From Thermoanaerobaculia bacterium (GTDB lineage: Bacteria > Acidobacteriota > Thermoanaerobaculia > Multivoradales > DATKCC01), in the NCBI GenBank assembly GCA_033762835.1, contig JANRLG010000305.1, positions 23,508 to 87,507 of the forward strand: a DNA stretch of 64,000 nucleotides, read 5' to 3'. The position numbers were made by a program, and so were the translations under genes. The notes beneath the pieces are model-generated. The model ran no database searches, was not told the DNA's origin, and was given only the letters and a program-made list of their open reading frames with translations. Each line of letters opens with the position of its first letter. Position 1 is the stretch's first letter. Shown here one piece after another: positions 53,545 to 63,520 of the stretch.

Positions 53545-54762
53545 ATGAAACACCTTTGCCTCGCTCTCTTGCTCCTGCTCGTCGCGAGCACCGTGTCCCC
53601 GGCTTTCGCTCAAGCGTGCCCGATCGGCCACCAGCCCGGCTCGAGCCTGTTGTTTCCGTACTTCGAGGTCGACACCACGAATCCCGGTGGCCTCACCACG
53701 TTGATTTCGGTCAACAACGAGTCCAACCAGGCGCGCTTGACGCGGGTGGTGGTGTGGAGCAACTGGGCCGTTCCGGTGCTCGCCTTCGATCTCTACCTGA
53801 AGCCCTTCGATCTTCAGACGATGAACCTGCGCGACGTGCTGAACGGCAACGTGCCGTCGACCGGCGAAGGCGCGGACCTCTCGGGCTTCCCGTTTTGCTC
53901 TTCGCCGGACTTCACCCCCGTGCACACCAACCCGGTCTTCGTGGACAACCGCATGCTTCAGCTGCGGGCTTATCTGTCCGGCGTCGCCGGTCCTCTCGAT
54001 ACCCTTTGCGCCGGGCAATTCTTGAGCGACTCCCGAGCCCGGGGGTACATCACCGTCGATGTCGTGGACGAGTGTTCGGGCCTCGAGCTGCTGGCGCCCG
54101 GCGAGCCCGTGGTCTTCACCCCAGAGAACACTGCCTTCCCCTACTTCGGCCCCGCGGGCGGCACCCGCATCGCCATCGAAGCCAACGTCCTGTGGGGGGA
54201 CTTGTTCTACCTCGATCCCGCCGGCAACTCGGCCCAGGGCGTCGAGGCGGTGCCGATCGTGGCCGACGAGACACGCTTCGCCGGGCCCAACGTTTACACC
54301 TTCTACGGTCGCTACAGCGGTTTCGATGGCCGTGACAAGCGTTACCCCCTGCCGACGCTGTGGGCAACCCGCTTCCTAAACGGTGGCGCCTTCACCGGCG
54401 GCACCGACCTGATCGTGTGGCGCGACACCAAGTCCGCCTCGATCGCCCGTCGGGGTTGCAGTGTCGGGCCGGTGTGGCGGCCCCTGCGCACCTCGTTCTT
54501 GACCGCTCGCGACGAGGACGGCGGCATCGTCACCAGCTTGACGGCGGACGACTCCCTGGTCCCGATCGCCACGCAGAAGGTCAGCGTCGCCAGCATCGGC
54601 ATCGGAGCCAACTTCGGCCGCATGCAGTTCGCTCTCGCCGGGGGGCCGTCCCTCGAAAATCCCACCGAAGGCTGGGTGCTTCCGATCATGACGGCCTCCG
54701 GCCGCTTCAGCCTGGACTTCAACGCTACGCCGGTCAACGACGGCTGCTCGGTGTCGCCCTGA
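53545..54762 (+). CDS. secreted protein, unknown family (paralogue 1)
   Basis: GGGAGG Shine-Dalgarno. Signal peptide 'MKHLCLALLLLLVASTVSPAFA'. Conserved blocks 'LLFPYFEVD', 'SVNN', 'RGYITVDVV', 'WGDLFY.DPAGN.AQGVEAV', 'RFLNGGAFTGGTD'. Confidence 0.6.
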   Translation: MKHLCLALLLLLVASTVSPAFAQACPIGHQPGSSLLFPYFEVDTTNPGGLTTLISVNNESNQARLTRVVVWSNWAVPVLAFDLYLKPFDLQTMNLRDVLNGNVPSTGEGADLSGFPFCSSPDFTPVHTNPVFVDNRMLQLRAYLSGVAGPLDTLCAGQFLSDSRARGYITVDVVDECSGLELLAPGEPVVFTPENTAFPYFGPAGGTRIAIEANVLWGDLFYLDPAGNSAQGVEAVPIVADETRFAGPNVYTFYGRYSGFDGRDKRYPLPTLWATRFLNGGAFTGGTDLIVWRDTKSASIARRGCSVGPVWRPLRTSFLTARDEDGGIVTSLTADDSLVPIATQKVSVASIGIGANFGRMQFALAGGPSLENPTEGWVLPIMTASGRFSLDFNATPVNDGCSVSP

Positions 54763-54785
54763 ACACCGCCTGGAGGGCTACTGCC

Positions 54786-56012
54786 ATGAAAAGCGCCTGG
54801 TGGATCGTGTTCGTCGGGTGGCTGGCCACTGCCAACCCCGGCTTTGCCGTGGGGGTCAAGTGTGATGCCGGACCCAATCACAAACCCGGGGCGACCCTGC
54901 TGTTTCCGTACTTCGAAGTGGACCTCGGCAACCCAGCGGGCCGGACGACGCTCCTCTCGGTCAACAACGTTCTGACGACGCCGATCCTCGCCCGCGTGCA
55001 GATCTGGACCGATTGGGCGATTCCCGCCCTCGGATTCGATCTCTACCTGCTCGGCTCGGACGTCCAGACGATCAACCTGCGGGACGTCCTGGTGACCGGC
55101 ACCCTGCCGGTGACCGGGAGCGGCTTCAACCTCGACGCGTTCCCCGGCTGTTCCACCGAGCCGCCGACCCAGGCGGCCGGCAGGTTGCCCACGGCACTGC
55201 TCGACAGCCTGCGGGCCGACCTGACCGGCAAGCTCAACGCCTTAGCGGGTGGGTTGTGCGCGGGCCATTCCCACGGCGACGACCACGCTCGCGGGTACAT
55301 CACCGTCGATGTCGTGAACCGATGCACCGGCATTCGCGCCGGCACCGAGGGCACCCCCGCCGAGGTCGAAGGCGACGAGCCCTACTTCTTGGATAGCGGC
55401 AATGGCCTGGCCGGGGATGTCAACGCGTTGTGGGGCGACTTGGTCTTCGTCGACGGCGCGGGCAACGCGGCCCAGGGAGTCGAAGCGGTGGCCCTGTGGG
55501 CCGACGGCTCGGAGTTCACCGGCCGCACGCGCACGTTCTACGGCCGATACTCGGCCTTCGATGGGCGCGACAACCGCGTACCCTTGGCCTCCGACTGGCG
55601 CGCGCGCTTCCTCAATGGCGGCGCCTTCACCGGCGGCACGGACTTTCTCGTCTTCCGCGACACTCGCTCGCCGGATGTCCAGCGAGTGCGCTGCGGGAGT
55701 CACCCGAGTTGGTATCCCCTACCGACGCGGCTCGTGGCCCGGGACGAAAACGCCGTGGTGCAGTCGAGCCAGCCGGACTCGACCGCCTTCGGCTTGGCCA
55801 CCCAACGAGTGTCACTGGCCAGCCTGGGCATCCCGACAGACTTCGGTCTGCTCGAACTGCGGCTGCAGCGCTGGACGCCCACCGGGACCGGAGGAGCCTC
55901 GCGCATCACCCGCTACCCCGGCTGGGTGATTCCCGTGCTGACGGCGGGCGGCCGGTTCAGTGTCGGAGTCAACGCCACGGCCGCGGAAATCGACTGCTTC
56001 GGCCCGCCGTAG
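54786..56012 (+). CDS. secreted protein, unknown family (paralogue 2)
   Basis: Signal peptide 'MKSAWWIVFVGWLATANPGFA'. Shares all conserved blocks with paralogue 1. Confidence 0.6.
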   Translation: MKSAWWIVFVGWLATANPGFAVGVKCDAGPNHKPGATLLFPYFEVDLGNPAGRTTLLSVNNVLTTPILARVQIWTDWAIPALGFDLYLLGSDVQTINLRDVLVTGTLPVTGSGFNLDAFPGCSTEPPTQAAGRLPTALLDSLRADLTGKLNALAGGLCAGHSHGDDHARGYITVDVVNRCTGIRAGTEGTPAEVEGDEPYFLDSGNGLAGDVNALWGDLVFVDGAGNAAQGVEAVALWADGSEFTGRTRTFYGRYSAFDGRDNRVPLASDWRARFLNGGAFTGGTDFLVFRDTRSPDVQRVRCGSHPSWYPLPTRLVARDENAVVQSSQPDSTAFGLATQRVSLASLGIPTDFGLLELRLQRWTPTGTGGASRITRYPGWVIPVLTAGGRFSVGVNATAAEIDCFGPP

Positions 56013-56071
56013 GAGGCAGCGGCCGGGCTCGGCCCGGCCGTCCCGGGCTCGCGGGTTTCTGCCCCGGCCCG

Positions 56072-57253
56072 CTAGACGCGCGTGAAGAACTCGCCGAGGC
56101 GCTCGAGTCCGCGCGCGAGCTCGTCACGCGAACACGCGAAGGACAGGCGCAGGTGGCCGTCAGCGCCGAAGGCGGCGCCAGGAACGACGGCCACGTGGGC
56201 CTTTTCGAGCAGCGCCGTGGCGAGGTCGTTGGAGCTTGGGTAGCGCTCTCGCAGCACGCCGCCGAACGCTGGGAAGGCGTAAAAGGCGCCTTGCGGCGCG
56301 GCGCAGGTGACACCGGGCAGCGCGGACAGCCGCGGGATCAGAAAATCTCGCCGCCAGCGGTACTCGGCGATCATGGTCACGACGTCCGCCTCCGCTCCTT
56401 CGAGCGCCGTGAGGGCGCCGACCATGGCGAAGGAGGTGGCGTTCGAGGTGTCGTGGCTCTGGATGTCCGAGACGGCGCGCACCACGTCGGGCGGACCGAA
56501 CAGGTAGCCTATGCGCCAGCCGGTCATGGCGTAGGTCTTCGAGAACGAGCCGACGACGACGAGGTGGTGCCCGAATTCGCTCGCCCACGAGGCGGCCGAG
56601 CGCGGTTCCTCGTCGTACACGAAGCGTTCATAGGTTTCGTCGGAGACCAGCAGAATGCCGGCCCCGGCGCAGCCCCGGACAAGCTGCTCGAGGTCGGCAG
56701 CCGACCAAGTGCCGCCCGTGGGATTGCACGGTGAGTTGCCCAGGATCGCCTTGGTGCGCGCCGTCACGGCCGCCAGCAGCGGGCCCGCGCGGAGACGGAA
56801 ACCCTCCGCAGGGTCCATCGGAACCAAGACGGGGCGCGCGCCGGCGAAGCGCACCTGTTCGGCGAAACTGACCCAGGCCGGTGTCGGGATCACGACCTCG
56901 TCGCCGGGCTCGAACAGGGCCAAGGCGAGCTCGAACAAGGCGGCCTTGCCGCCGACGGTCACGAGGACGTCCTGCACCCCCCACGGTGCCCCGTACCGGC
57001 GTTCGTAGTCGGCGGCCAAGGCCTGCCGAAGGCGTGGTAAACCCTCGCTGGGGGCGTAGCGGGTGAAGCCTTCGGCGAGCGCTCGCCGGGCGGCCTCGAC
57101 GGCCACCGGAGGCGAATGGAAGTCGGGCTCGCCGGCCCCGAAGTCGACCAGATCGACGCCCTGGGCTTTCAGCTCGCCCGCGCGACGCAGAACCCGCAGC
57201 GTGGCCGACTCGCCGATGCGGCCGGCTCGAGCCGCGAGCCGGCCCTCACTCAA
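56072..57253 (-). CDS. pyridoxal-phosphate-dependent aminotransferase (class I, AspC-like)
   Basis: 'SFSKTYAMTGWRIGY' PLP-lysine region. 393 aa. Confidence 0.9.
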   Translation of the reverse strand: MSEGRLAARAGRIGESATLRVLRRAGELKAQGVDLVDFGAGEPDFHSPPVAVEAARRALAEGFTRYAPSEGLPRLRQALAADYERRYGAPWGVQDVLVTVGGKAALFELALALFEPGDEVVIPTPAWVSFAEQVRFAGARPVLVPMDPAEGFRLRAGPLLAAVTARTKAILGNSPCNPTGGTWSAADLEQLVRGCAGAGILLVSDETYERFVYDEEPRSAASWASEFGHHLVVVGSFSKTYAMTGWRIGYLFGPPDVVRAVSDIQSHDTSNATSFAMVGALTALEGAEADVVTMIAEYRWRRDFLIPRLSALPGVTCAAPQGAFYAFPAFGGVLRERYPSSNDLATALLEKAHVAVVPGAAFGADGHLRLSFACSRDELARGLERLGEFFTRV

Positions 57254-58166
57254 CGCTCGGCCCCGGGGCTGCCGCCGTGGGTTCTTCCGGCTCGTGGTCG
57301 TACAGCGCGTGGCCCGCGAGCAAGGAGCACAACGCGGCCTGATCCACCGCCGTGGGCACCGGCGCCGGACCGCGGTAACTCGGATTCATCGACGCCACGG
57401 GCGGGGCGCCGAAGTGGGGCAAGCCGAGCGCATGCCCCAACTCGTGCAGGGCCACGGTGGCGACATCGAAGCTGCCGGCGGGCGGAACAGCATCGAACGA
57501 CCAAGCAAGGGCGTCGTTCAGGTAGATCTCGGTCGTCGCCGTATCCATGCGGCCGTCGCGATCGATGTCCGTCGGTTCCCCCGCGGCGTCGACGAAGACG
57601 AAGGTGATGGTGAACGCGAGCGTGGTGGGGCCGAACAGGGATTCGAGGTCGGAGCGGAAGCCCCCGACCACGATGTCGACGACCAAGGGTGACCCGAAGC
57701 CGCCTTGACCCAGAACGGCATCGGCCACGGTCAGGTCTTCGGTGTCGGGAATCCGCGGATGAAGGACCGGTGCGGTCAGGCACGAAGACTGGTTCCAGGC
57801 GGTCGCCACCCGGGTCAGGGACTTCGCCAGGGCGTCGAAATCGGAGCGATGAGTCGATACCTCCAGCCAGCTGCGGTCGACGGCCCAGGTGAGGCCGGGG
57901 AAGCGGGTCTCGGACCGGCGTGGGTCTTGGAGCACCCAACCGTAGTCCTGGCGATGCAACTGGAAGGACTGCCGGCCTTTGCTGCTGGATAGGAATTCGA
58001 CGCCTTCGATCAGGTAGTCCATGCCTTGAGCGCGCAGGCTCTCGTTGGCGGCGATGAGCAGGTCCGAGACCTGGATCTCCTCGATCGTGTCGGCGGGTGG
58101 CCGGGGGGTCGCGGTGACGGTGCCACCGACGAAAAAGGCGAACAGGATGATCGTTTCGACGCGCAT
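57246..58166 (-). CDS. secreted matrixin-like zinc metalloprotease (metzincin)
   Basis: Signal peptide 'MRVETIILFAFFVGGTVTA'. 'HELGHALGLPH' with Met-turn 'SMNPSY'. Confidence 0.7.
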   Translation of the reverse strand: MRVETIILFAFFVGGTVTATPRPPADTIEEIQVSDLLIAANESLRAQGMDYLIEGVEFLSSSKGRQSFQLHRQDYGWVLQDPRRSETRFPGLTWAVDRSWLEVSTHRSDFDALAKSLTRVATAWNQSSCLTAPVLHPRIPDTEDLTVADAVLGQGGFGSPLVVDIVVGGFRSDLESLFGPTTLAFTITFVFVDAAGEPTDIDRDGRMDTATTEIYLNDALAWSFDAVPPAGSFDVATVALHELGHALGLPHFGAPPVASMNPSYRGPAPVPTAVDQAALCSLLAGHALYDHEPEEPTAAAPGPSVE

Positions 58167-58347
58167 GGAAGGCGCCTCCTGGAGAGCTGAAAGTCGAAAT
58201 GAAACGAGTCGATGGGCCGCCGTGACTCCGAGGGACAACCCTGCCAGATTTGACCGAGCGGGTCAATCGCGGAGCGCACTTGGTAGGATTCTTGCTCGCC
58301 CGAGCGCCGACCTTCTGGCCGGTCCGGCCCCATCGACGAGGAGAGAG

Positions 58348-60165
58348 ATGAAACGTAGCCTGGTGCCAGTCCTTTCGACCGCCGTCCTCGTCGTTCTCGG
58401 TTGGAGTGGGAGCGTCGCGGCGCAACTCACCGACGCCAAATTGGCCACCTTGTCGCTGCGGGGAGATCGCACCTCCTATGCACCGGGAGGCGCGGTGGCC
58501 CTCGAGGCTTGGGTAGAGGTCGAGCCCGAATGGCACGTCAACAGCCACACGCCGACGTTCGACTATCTGATTCCCACCCGCTTGGTTCTCGAGTTGCCGG
58601 CGGGAATCGGCGTGCAGCGCTTCGAGTATCCGGACCACGAGCTCCAGACTTTCGCCTTCGAAGAAGTCCCCTTGGCCGTCTACGACGGTCGGTTCGTCAT
58701 TCGCGCCCACTTCGAGGTACCTGCCAGCTACCGCGACACGGCACTACCGGTGCGGGCGGAGTTGGCCTATCAGGCCTGCAACCAAAGCCAATGCGTGGCG
58801 CCGACGAAGGCCGAGGCGACGACCGTGCTGGTGATCGGCGCCGAGGGGGCTTTGGTCGCCAACGCGCCGCCGCCGTCGGTCGCGGTGAAGCCCGCGGTAA
58901 CCGCGAGCACGGCCTCCGAGACCTCCGCACCTGCGGCCCGCGGGTTGTTCTCGATCCTGCTCTTGGCCTTCTTGGGCGGCGTCATCCTGAATGCCATGCC
59001 CTGCGTGCTGCCGGTCCTCTCGCTCAAGTTCCTGAGTCTCGTGGAGGGCGCCTCCCACGGGCGCAAGGGCACGGTGTACGGCGCGCTCGCCACCACGGCC
59101 GGGATCTTCTTTTCCTTCTGGGCCCTGGCGCTCGCGGCGATCGCCGCGAAGTCCGCGGGTTCCGCCGTCGGTTGGGGGGTCCAGTTCCAAAACCCCGCGT
59201 TCGTCACCGGTCTCCTGCTGGTCGTCACCCTGTTCAGTCTGAATCTCTGGGGTCTGTTCGAGATCCCCCTGCCGCAGAAGCTCGCGCAGCTGGGCAGCCA
59301 GGGGCCGACGGAGGGACTCGGCGGGCACTTCGCTTCCGGGCTGTTCGCCACCCTGCTCGCGACGCCCTGCTCGGCGCCGTTTCTGGGCACCGCCCTCGGC
59401 TTCGCCTTGTCGCGTCCCGCGGGCACCATTCTGGCCGTGTTCACGGCGGTGGCGGTGGGGCTCGCGGCGCCGTACCTGTTGCTCGCGGCGGTGCCCGGTT
59501 TCGCCCGCGTGTTGCCGCGACCGGGGGCCTGGATGTTGACGTTGCGGGGCTTCCTGGGCTTCCTGCTCGCGGCCACCGCCGTGTGGCTGCTCTACGTGCT
59601 CGGCGGCCAGGTCTCGCGGGTCCACTTGGCGGGCGTGCAACTCGCGGTGTTGGCCCTGGCCTTGTGCGTGTGGCTGGTACCGCGCCTGCGCGGTTCTTGG
59701 GCGCGGGGCTTGGCCTGGGGCGGTGTGGTGGCGGCGATGGTCGTGGCCGTCGCGTTGGCTGCTGCCCCCGCCGAAGGGGACCGGTCGACTCTGGCCAAGG
59801 GGGCGGTGACCCGATTGATCCCCTGGGAGCCCTTCGACCGCACCCGCGCCGAAACCGTCGCGCAGGCCGGGCAGGCAGTCTTCGTCGACGTCACCGCGGA
59901 CTGGTGCTTCACTTGCAAAGTGATCGAAGGCCGCGTGCTCGAGACCGAACCGGTGGCGGAGGCCTTTCGGCGCCACGGGGTGCTGCCCTTGCGGGCCGAC
60001 TGGACCAATCGCGACCCCGGGATCGCCAAGTTCCTCGAGGATCACGGGCGCTTTGGCATTCCCTTCTACATGCTCTACCGCCCGGGCCAGGAGCCGCGGG
60101 TCTTCAGCGAGTTGCTGACGCGCGAAACCTTGCTCGCGGCCGTCGCGGAACTGCCGCCGGCGTGA
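58348..60165 (+). CDS. dsbD: thiol:disulfide interchange protein DsbD
   Basis: N-terminal alpha domain with 'QACNQSQC'. TM region with 'PCVLPVL' and 'PCSAPFLG'. C-terminal thioredoxin 'WCFTC'. Confidence 0.85.
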   Translation: MKRSLVPVLSTAVLVVLGWSGSVAAQLTDAKLATLSLRGDRTSYAPGGAVALEAWVEVEPEWHVNSHTPTFDYLIPTRLVLELPAGIGVQRFEYPDHELQTFAFEEVPLAVYDGRFVIRAHFEVPASYRDTALPVRAELAYQACNQSQCVAPTKAEATTVLVIGAEGALVANAPPPSVAVKPAVTASTASETSAPAARGLFSILLLAFLGGVILNAMPCVLPVLSLKFLSLVEGASHGRKGTVYGALATTAGIFFSFWALALAAIAAKSAGSAVGWGVQFQNPAFVTGLLLVVTLFSLNLWGLFEIPLPQKLAQLGSQGPTEGLGGHFASGLFATLLATPCSAPFLGTALGFALSRPAGTILAVFTAVAVGLAAPYLLLAAVPGFARVLPRPGAWMLTLRGFLGFLLAATAVWLLYVLGGQVSRVHLAGVQLAVLALALCVWLVPRLRGSWARGLAWGGVVAAMVVAVALAAAPAEGDRSTLAKGAVTRLIPWEPFDRTRAETVAQAGQAVFVDVTADWCFTCKVIEGRVLETEPVAEAFRRHGVLPLRADWTNRDPGIAKFLEDHGRFGIPFYMLYRPGQEPRVFSELLTRETLLAAVAELPPA

Positions 60166-60203
60166 CCTTGACGGCGCCGGGCCTCGCCGGTAGTCTCGAA
60201 CGA

Positions 60204-62204
60204 ATGGCTATTTCATCGCGACATACCCGCCGGGGCCGAGTCCTCGCAGTCGTCGGCGCGTTCTTCCTGGCCGGCGGGGCGCGCGGCATCACCCCGCCGA
60301 CGCCGAACGGCTGCACTGCCGCGGCGAGCTCGTTTTCCCAGGCCACCGCGGTGGCGATTCCGTCTGGCCCGGGGGTCGTGACCTCGACCTTGGTCGTCAG
60401 CGGTGCCGGTCCGTATCTGTGGGACGTCGATCTTTCGACCGCCATCACGCACCGCTTCTCGGCCGATCTGGACATCACCCTCGAGTCGCCCGCGGGGACG
60501 ATCGTCACCCTGACGACGGACAACGGCGCCGGCAACGATCACGTCTTCAACGGCACCGTCTGGGACGACGACGCCAATCCCGCGGGTCAGGTGCGATACA
60601 CCCTCAACGATGGCTTGGTGACCGATCACGGCTATGCCGATGCCACCCTCGCGGCGGCGCTCGTGCCCGAGGAGGCCATGGGCGCTTTCGTCGGCGAGAA
60701 CCCCAACGGGGTGTGGAAGTTGACGGTGTCCGACGACCTTTCCGGGGACGGCGGCAGCGTCGCCCGCTGGACGCTCGACCTGACCACGTTCCCCAGCTCA
60801 CCGGCGGTCGAGGTAACCGTTTTCGCGGAGACGACGGCGGCGGTGACCATCCCCTCGGGCCCGGCGGTGGTCACGTCCACGGTCAACCTGGTGGGTGCCG
60901 ACGTTTCCCTTTGTGACCTCGATGTCGTCACCCACCTTCGGCACAGCTTTCCGGCGGATCTCGACGTGACCCTGAAGTCACCCGCGGGCACCATCGTGAC
61001 CCTGACTTCGGACAACGGTAACGGCAACGATCACGTCTTCGACGGCACTTCGTGGGACGACGACGCCAATCCCGGTGGGCCGGTGCCCTATGTGACGAAT
61101 GCCGGTCTCGTCACCGACCATCCCTACTCGAACGGCGTCACCGCCACGCCTCTGGTCCCCGAGGAAGCGCTGGCCGCGTTTCTGGGCGAGAACCCCAACG
61201 GCACTTGGACGTTGACGGTGTCCGACGATCTTTCCGGTGACGGCGGCGTGCTGAACGGCTGGTCGATCGCGGTGACCACCTGCTCGTGCGGCAGCGCGGA
61301 CCTTGCCGTGTCGATCGGAGGAGCCCCCGGGTCGGTCGTCGCCGGTCTCGAGTTCGACTACGGCGTGACGGTCCGCAATGGCGGGCCTTCGCCGGCGACC
61401 AACGTGCAAGTCGCGGACAACCTCCCGAGTCAGGCTCGCTTCGTGGCGGTGACGCCGTCGGCCGGGGGACAGTGTGCCGGCCCCGGTCCGGGATCGGGCG
61501 GCAACGTGGGGTGCACCTGGCCGGGTACCACCGAGCCGACGACCACACGGCGTCTCGATCTCTCGGTCGCGGTGTGTCCGGAAGCGCTCTGCGGAGACGC
61601 CTTGACCCACCGGGCAACGGTCAGCTCGGTGACACCGGACCCGGCGACGGCCAACGGCACCGCTCGCGCCGTCTCCGCGGTCGAGGCCATGGCCGACTTG
61701 GTGGTGACCCAGACCGCCGATGTCGAGACTCTCGAACCGGGCGGCCTGGTGACGTACACCGTGACGGTCGACAACCTGGGGCCGTCCAATGCCGCCGGGG
61801 TGTCCGTCACCCACCTTCTGCCGACCGGAGTCGAGTTCGCAAGCGCTACTGTGACGCCGAGCGGCACCTGCGCCCCCCTGGGCACGTTGGTCGAATGCGT
61901 ATTGGGCACCGTGGGGGCGCCGGAGCAGTGTTCATCGACCCCGGTGGCCACTCAGTTCACCGTCACACTGCTCGGCCGGGCGACGCTCGACTTGCCGGCG
62001 GGGCCGCTGGTTCATACCGCCTTTGCGACCTCGAGCAACTGTCTCGAGGATCCCACGCCCGAGGACGCCGAGGCGTCGATCACCGTCTCGGGCCTGGGTT
62101 TCCAGGACCCGCCGGTGGTGCCCGTGCTCGATCCGCGGGGTCTGGTGATTCTCACCCTGGCCCTGGGGCTCGCGGCGGGCTGGACACTGCGGCGACGCTC
62201 ATGA
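60204..62204 (+). CDS. secreted protein with two proprotein-convertase P-domain-like repeats, two DUF11-like repeats and a PEP-CTERM-like tail
   Basis: Repeats 'THRFSADLDITLESPAGTIVTLTTDNGAGNDHVFNGTVWDDDA' and '...DLDVTLKSPAGTIVTLTSDNGNGNDHVFDGTSWDDDA'. Blocks 'LVVTQTADVETLEPGGLVTYTVTVDN'. C-terminus 'VPVLDPRGLVILTLALGLAAGWTLRRRS'. Confidence 0.6.
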   Translation: MAISSRHTRRGRVLAVVGAFFLAGGARGITPPTPNGCTAAASSFSQATAVAIPSGPGVVTSTLVVSGAGPYLWDVDLSTAITHRFSADLDITLESPAGTIVTLTTDNGAGNDHVFNGTVWDDDANPAGQVRYTLNDGLVTDHGYADATLAAALVPEEAMGAFVGENPNGVWKLTVSDDLSGDGGSVARWTLDLTTFPSSPAVEVTVFAETTAAVTIPSGPAVVTSTVNLVGADVSLCDLDVVTHLRHSFPADLDVTLKSPAGTIVTLTSDNGNGNDHVFDGTSWDDDANPGGPVPYVTNAGLVTDHPYSNGVTATPLVPEEALAAFLGENPNGTWTLTVSDDLSGDGGVLNGWSIAVTTCSCGSADLAVSIGGAPGSVVAGLEFDYGVTVRNGGPSPATNVQVADNLPSQARFVAVTPSAGGQCAGPGPGSGGNVGCTWPGTTEPTTTRRLDLSVAVCPEALCGDALTHRATVSSVTPDPATANGTARAVSAVEAMADLVVTQTADVETLEPGGLVTYTVTVDNLGPSNAAGVSVTHLLPTGVEFASATVTPSGTCAPLGTLVECVLGTVGAPEQCSSTPVATQFTVTLLGRATLDLPAGPLVHTAFATSSNCLEDPTPEDAEASITVSGLGFQDPPVVPVLDPRGLVILTLALGLAAGWTLRRRS

Positions 62205-63520
62205 ACGCCACGGCCCTGCTCCTCGCCTCGTTGCTGCTGGCGGCGGAGCCCGGGCCAGTGCCGCCCCTGCCGGCGCTGTCCGCGGCCGCGGCCGCGCCGG
62301 CCTTCGCCCTGGCTCGCGAGGCCTGCGAGCGCGACGGCGGCGTGCTGTGGGGCAAGTCCCTGTGCGGTCCGATCCTGCTGATCGATCCGGTGAGCCGCCA
62401 GGTGGTCGCCAGCCACGGCGATGGGGAAGGGCGCCTCACGGCCCAGAACGGAGTCTGGCTGGGGACCCTGCCGACGGAGGTTTCGCCGGCCAACACCGCC
62501 CTCGACTGGGCCGGCGTGCGCTGGATCGCGGTGCTCTGGCCGCTGCCCGAGAGCCCTCGGGAGCAGACCCGCCTGCTGCTGCACGAGGCCTTCCACCGCA
62601 TTCAAGACCAGTTGCGGCTGCCGGCGAACCAGCCGGACAACGCCCACCTCGATGGTGAGGTCGGGCGCGTCTGGTTGCAGCTCGAGTGGCGCGCCCTCCT
62701 CCGGGCTTATGAAGTCGGGGTCAGCAGCGGACGCAAGGAGGCCTTCGTCGATGCTCTGGCCTTCCGTCTGCACCGCTGGCAGCTGCTGCCGGAGGGCCGA
62801 GACGCCGAGATCGCCCTCGAGAAAAACGAGGGCCTCGCCGAGTACACGGGCATCGTGCTGAGCGGAGATGGCGGAGCCGCCCGGCTGCAGGTGGTCGAAA
62901 ATCTCCGCGCGGCTCCCGGCAAGCCCAGCTTCGTCCGCTCCTTCGCCTACGCGTCGGGACCGGCCTATGGGCTGGTCCTCGATAGTCTGCGGCCGAAGTG
63001 GCGGCTGGAGATGCCCAACCGGGTGATCGACCTCGGCCGGCTCTTGGCCCTGTCTCTGGGTATCAACGCCGAGGAGTGGCAGAAACTGGCGGCGACGGCA
63101 CCCGAACGCGCGGCGCGGTACCAGGGCGCCGAGCTGATGGCCGCGGAGCGCATCCGCGCCGAGACCCGCGCGGCCCAGCGCGCTGAGTGGCGCGCCCGCC
63201 TGGTCACCGGTCGAGTGGTGCGCCTGGACTTTCGCGCCATGAACATCACCTTCGATCCGGGCGAGTTGGTGCCCCTCGAAGAGGCCGGTACGGTGTACCC
63301 CGGCACCCGCATCACCGATGCCTGGGGTGTGCTCGAGGTGACCTCCGGGGGCGCTTTGGTCGCCTCGGACTGGAGCCACGTGCGGGTCGCCGCCGGCGAC
63401 AAACCCCGGCGCAAGGGCAACGTCTGGACCGGTTCCGGCTGGCGTCTGGAGCTCGCACCGGGTTGGCGGTTGGTCAGGGCGAAGGGCACGGGATGGACGG
63501 TCGAGCCGGAGGCGCCGTGA
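62201..63520 (+). CDS. secreted hypothetical protein with HExxH motif (possible MA-clan metallopeptidase)
   Basis: ATGA overlap with the previous gene. 'LLHEAFHRIQ' plus downstream 'EKNEGLAEYTG'. The ~80-aa spacing is longer than in M1 enzymes. Confidence 0.4.
   Translation: MNATALLLASLLLAAEPGPVPPLPALSAAAAAPAFALAREACERDGGVLWGKSLCGPILLIDPVSRQVVASHGDGEGRLTAQNGVWLGTLPTEVSPANTALDWAGVRWIAVLWPLPESPREQTRLLLHEAFHRIQDQLRLPANQPDNAHLDGEVGRVWLQLEWRALLRAYEVGVSSGRKEAFVDALAFRLHRWQLLPEGRDAEIALEKNEGLAEYTGIVLSGDGGAARLQVVENLRAAPGKPSFVRSFAYASGPAYGLVLDSLRPKWRLEMPNRVIDLGRLLALSLGINAEEWQKLAATAPERAARYQGAELMAAERIRAETRAAQRAEWRARLVTGRVVRLDFRAMNITFDPGELVPLEEAGTVYPGTRITDAWGVLEVTSGGALVASDWSHVRVAAGDKPRRKGNVWTGSGWRLELAPGWRLVRAKGTGWTVEPEAP

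Noticed and set aside
49623-54018. Minus-strand ORFs 49623..50831, 51008..52021 and 53164..54018
   Set aside because: Antisense to the MreB-like, DUF853 ATPase and secreted-paralogue genes, with low-complexity translations.
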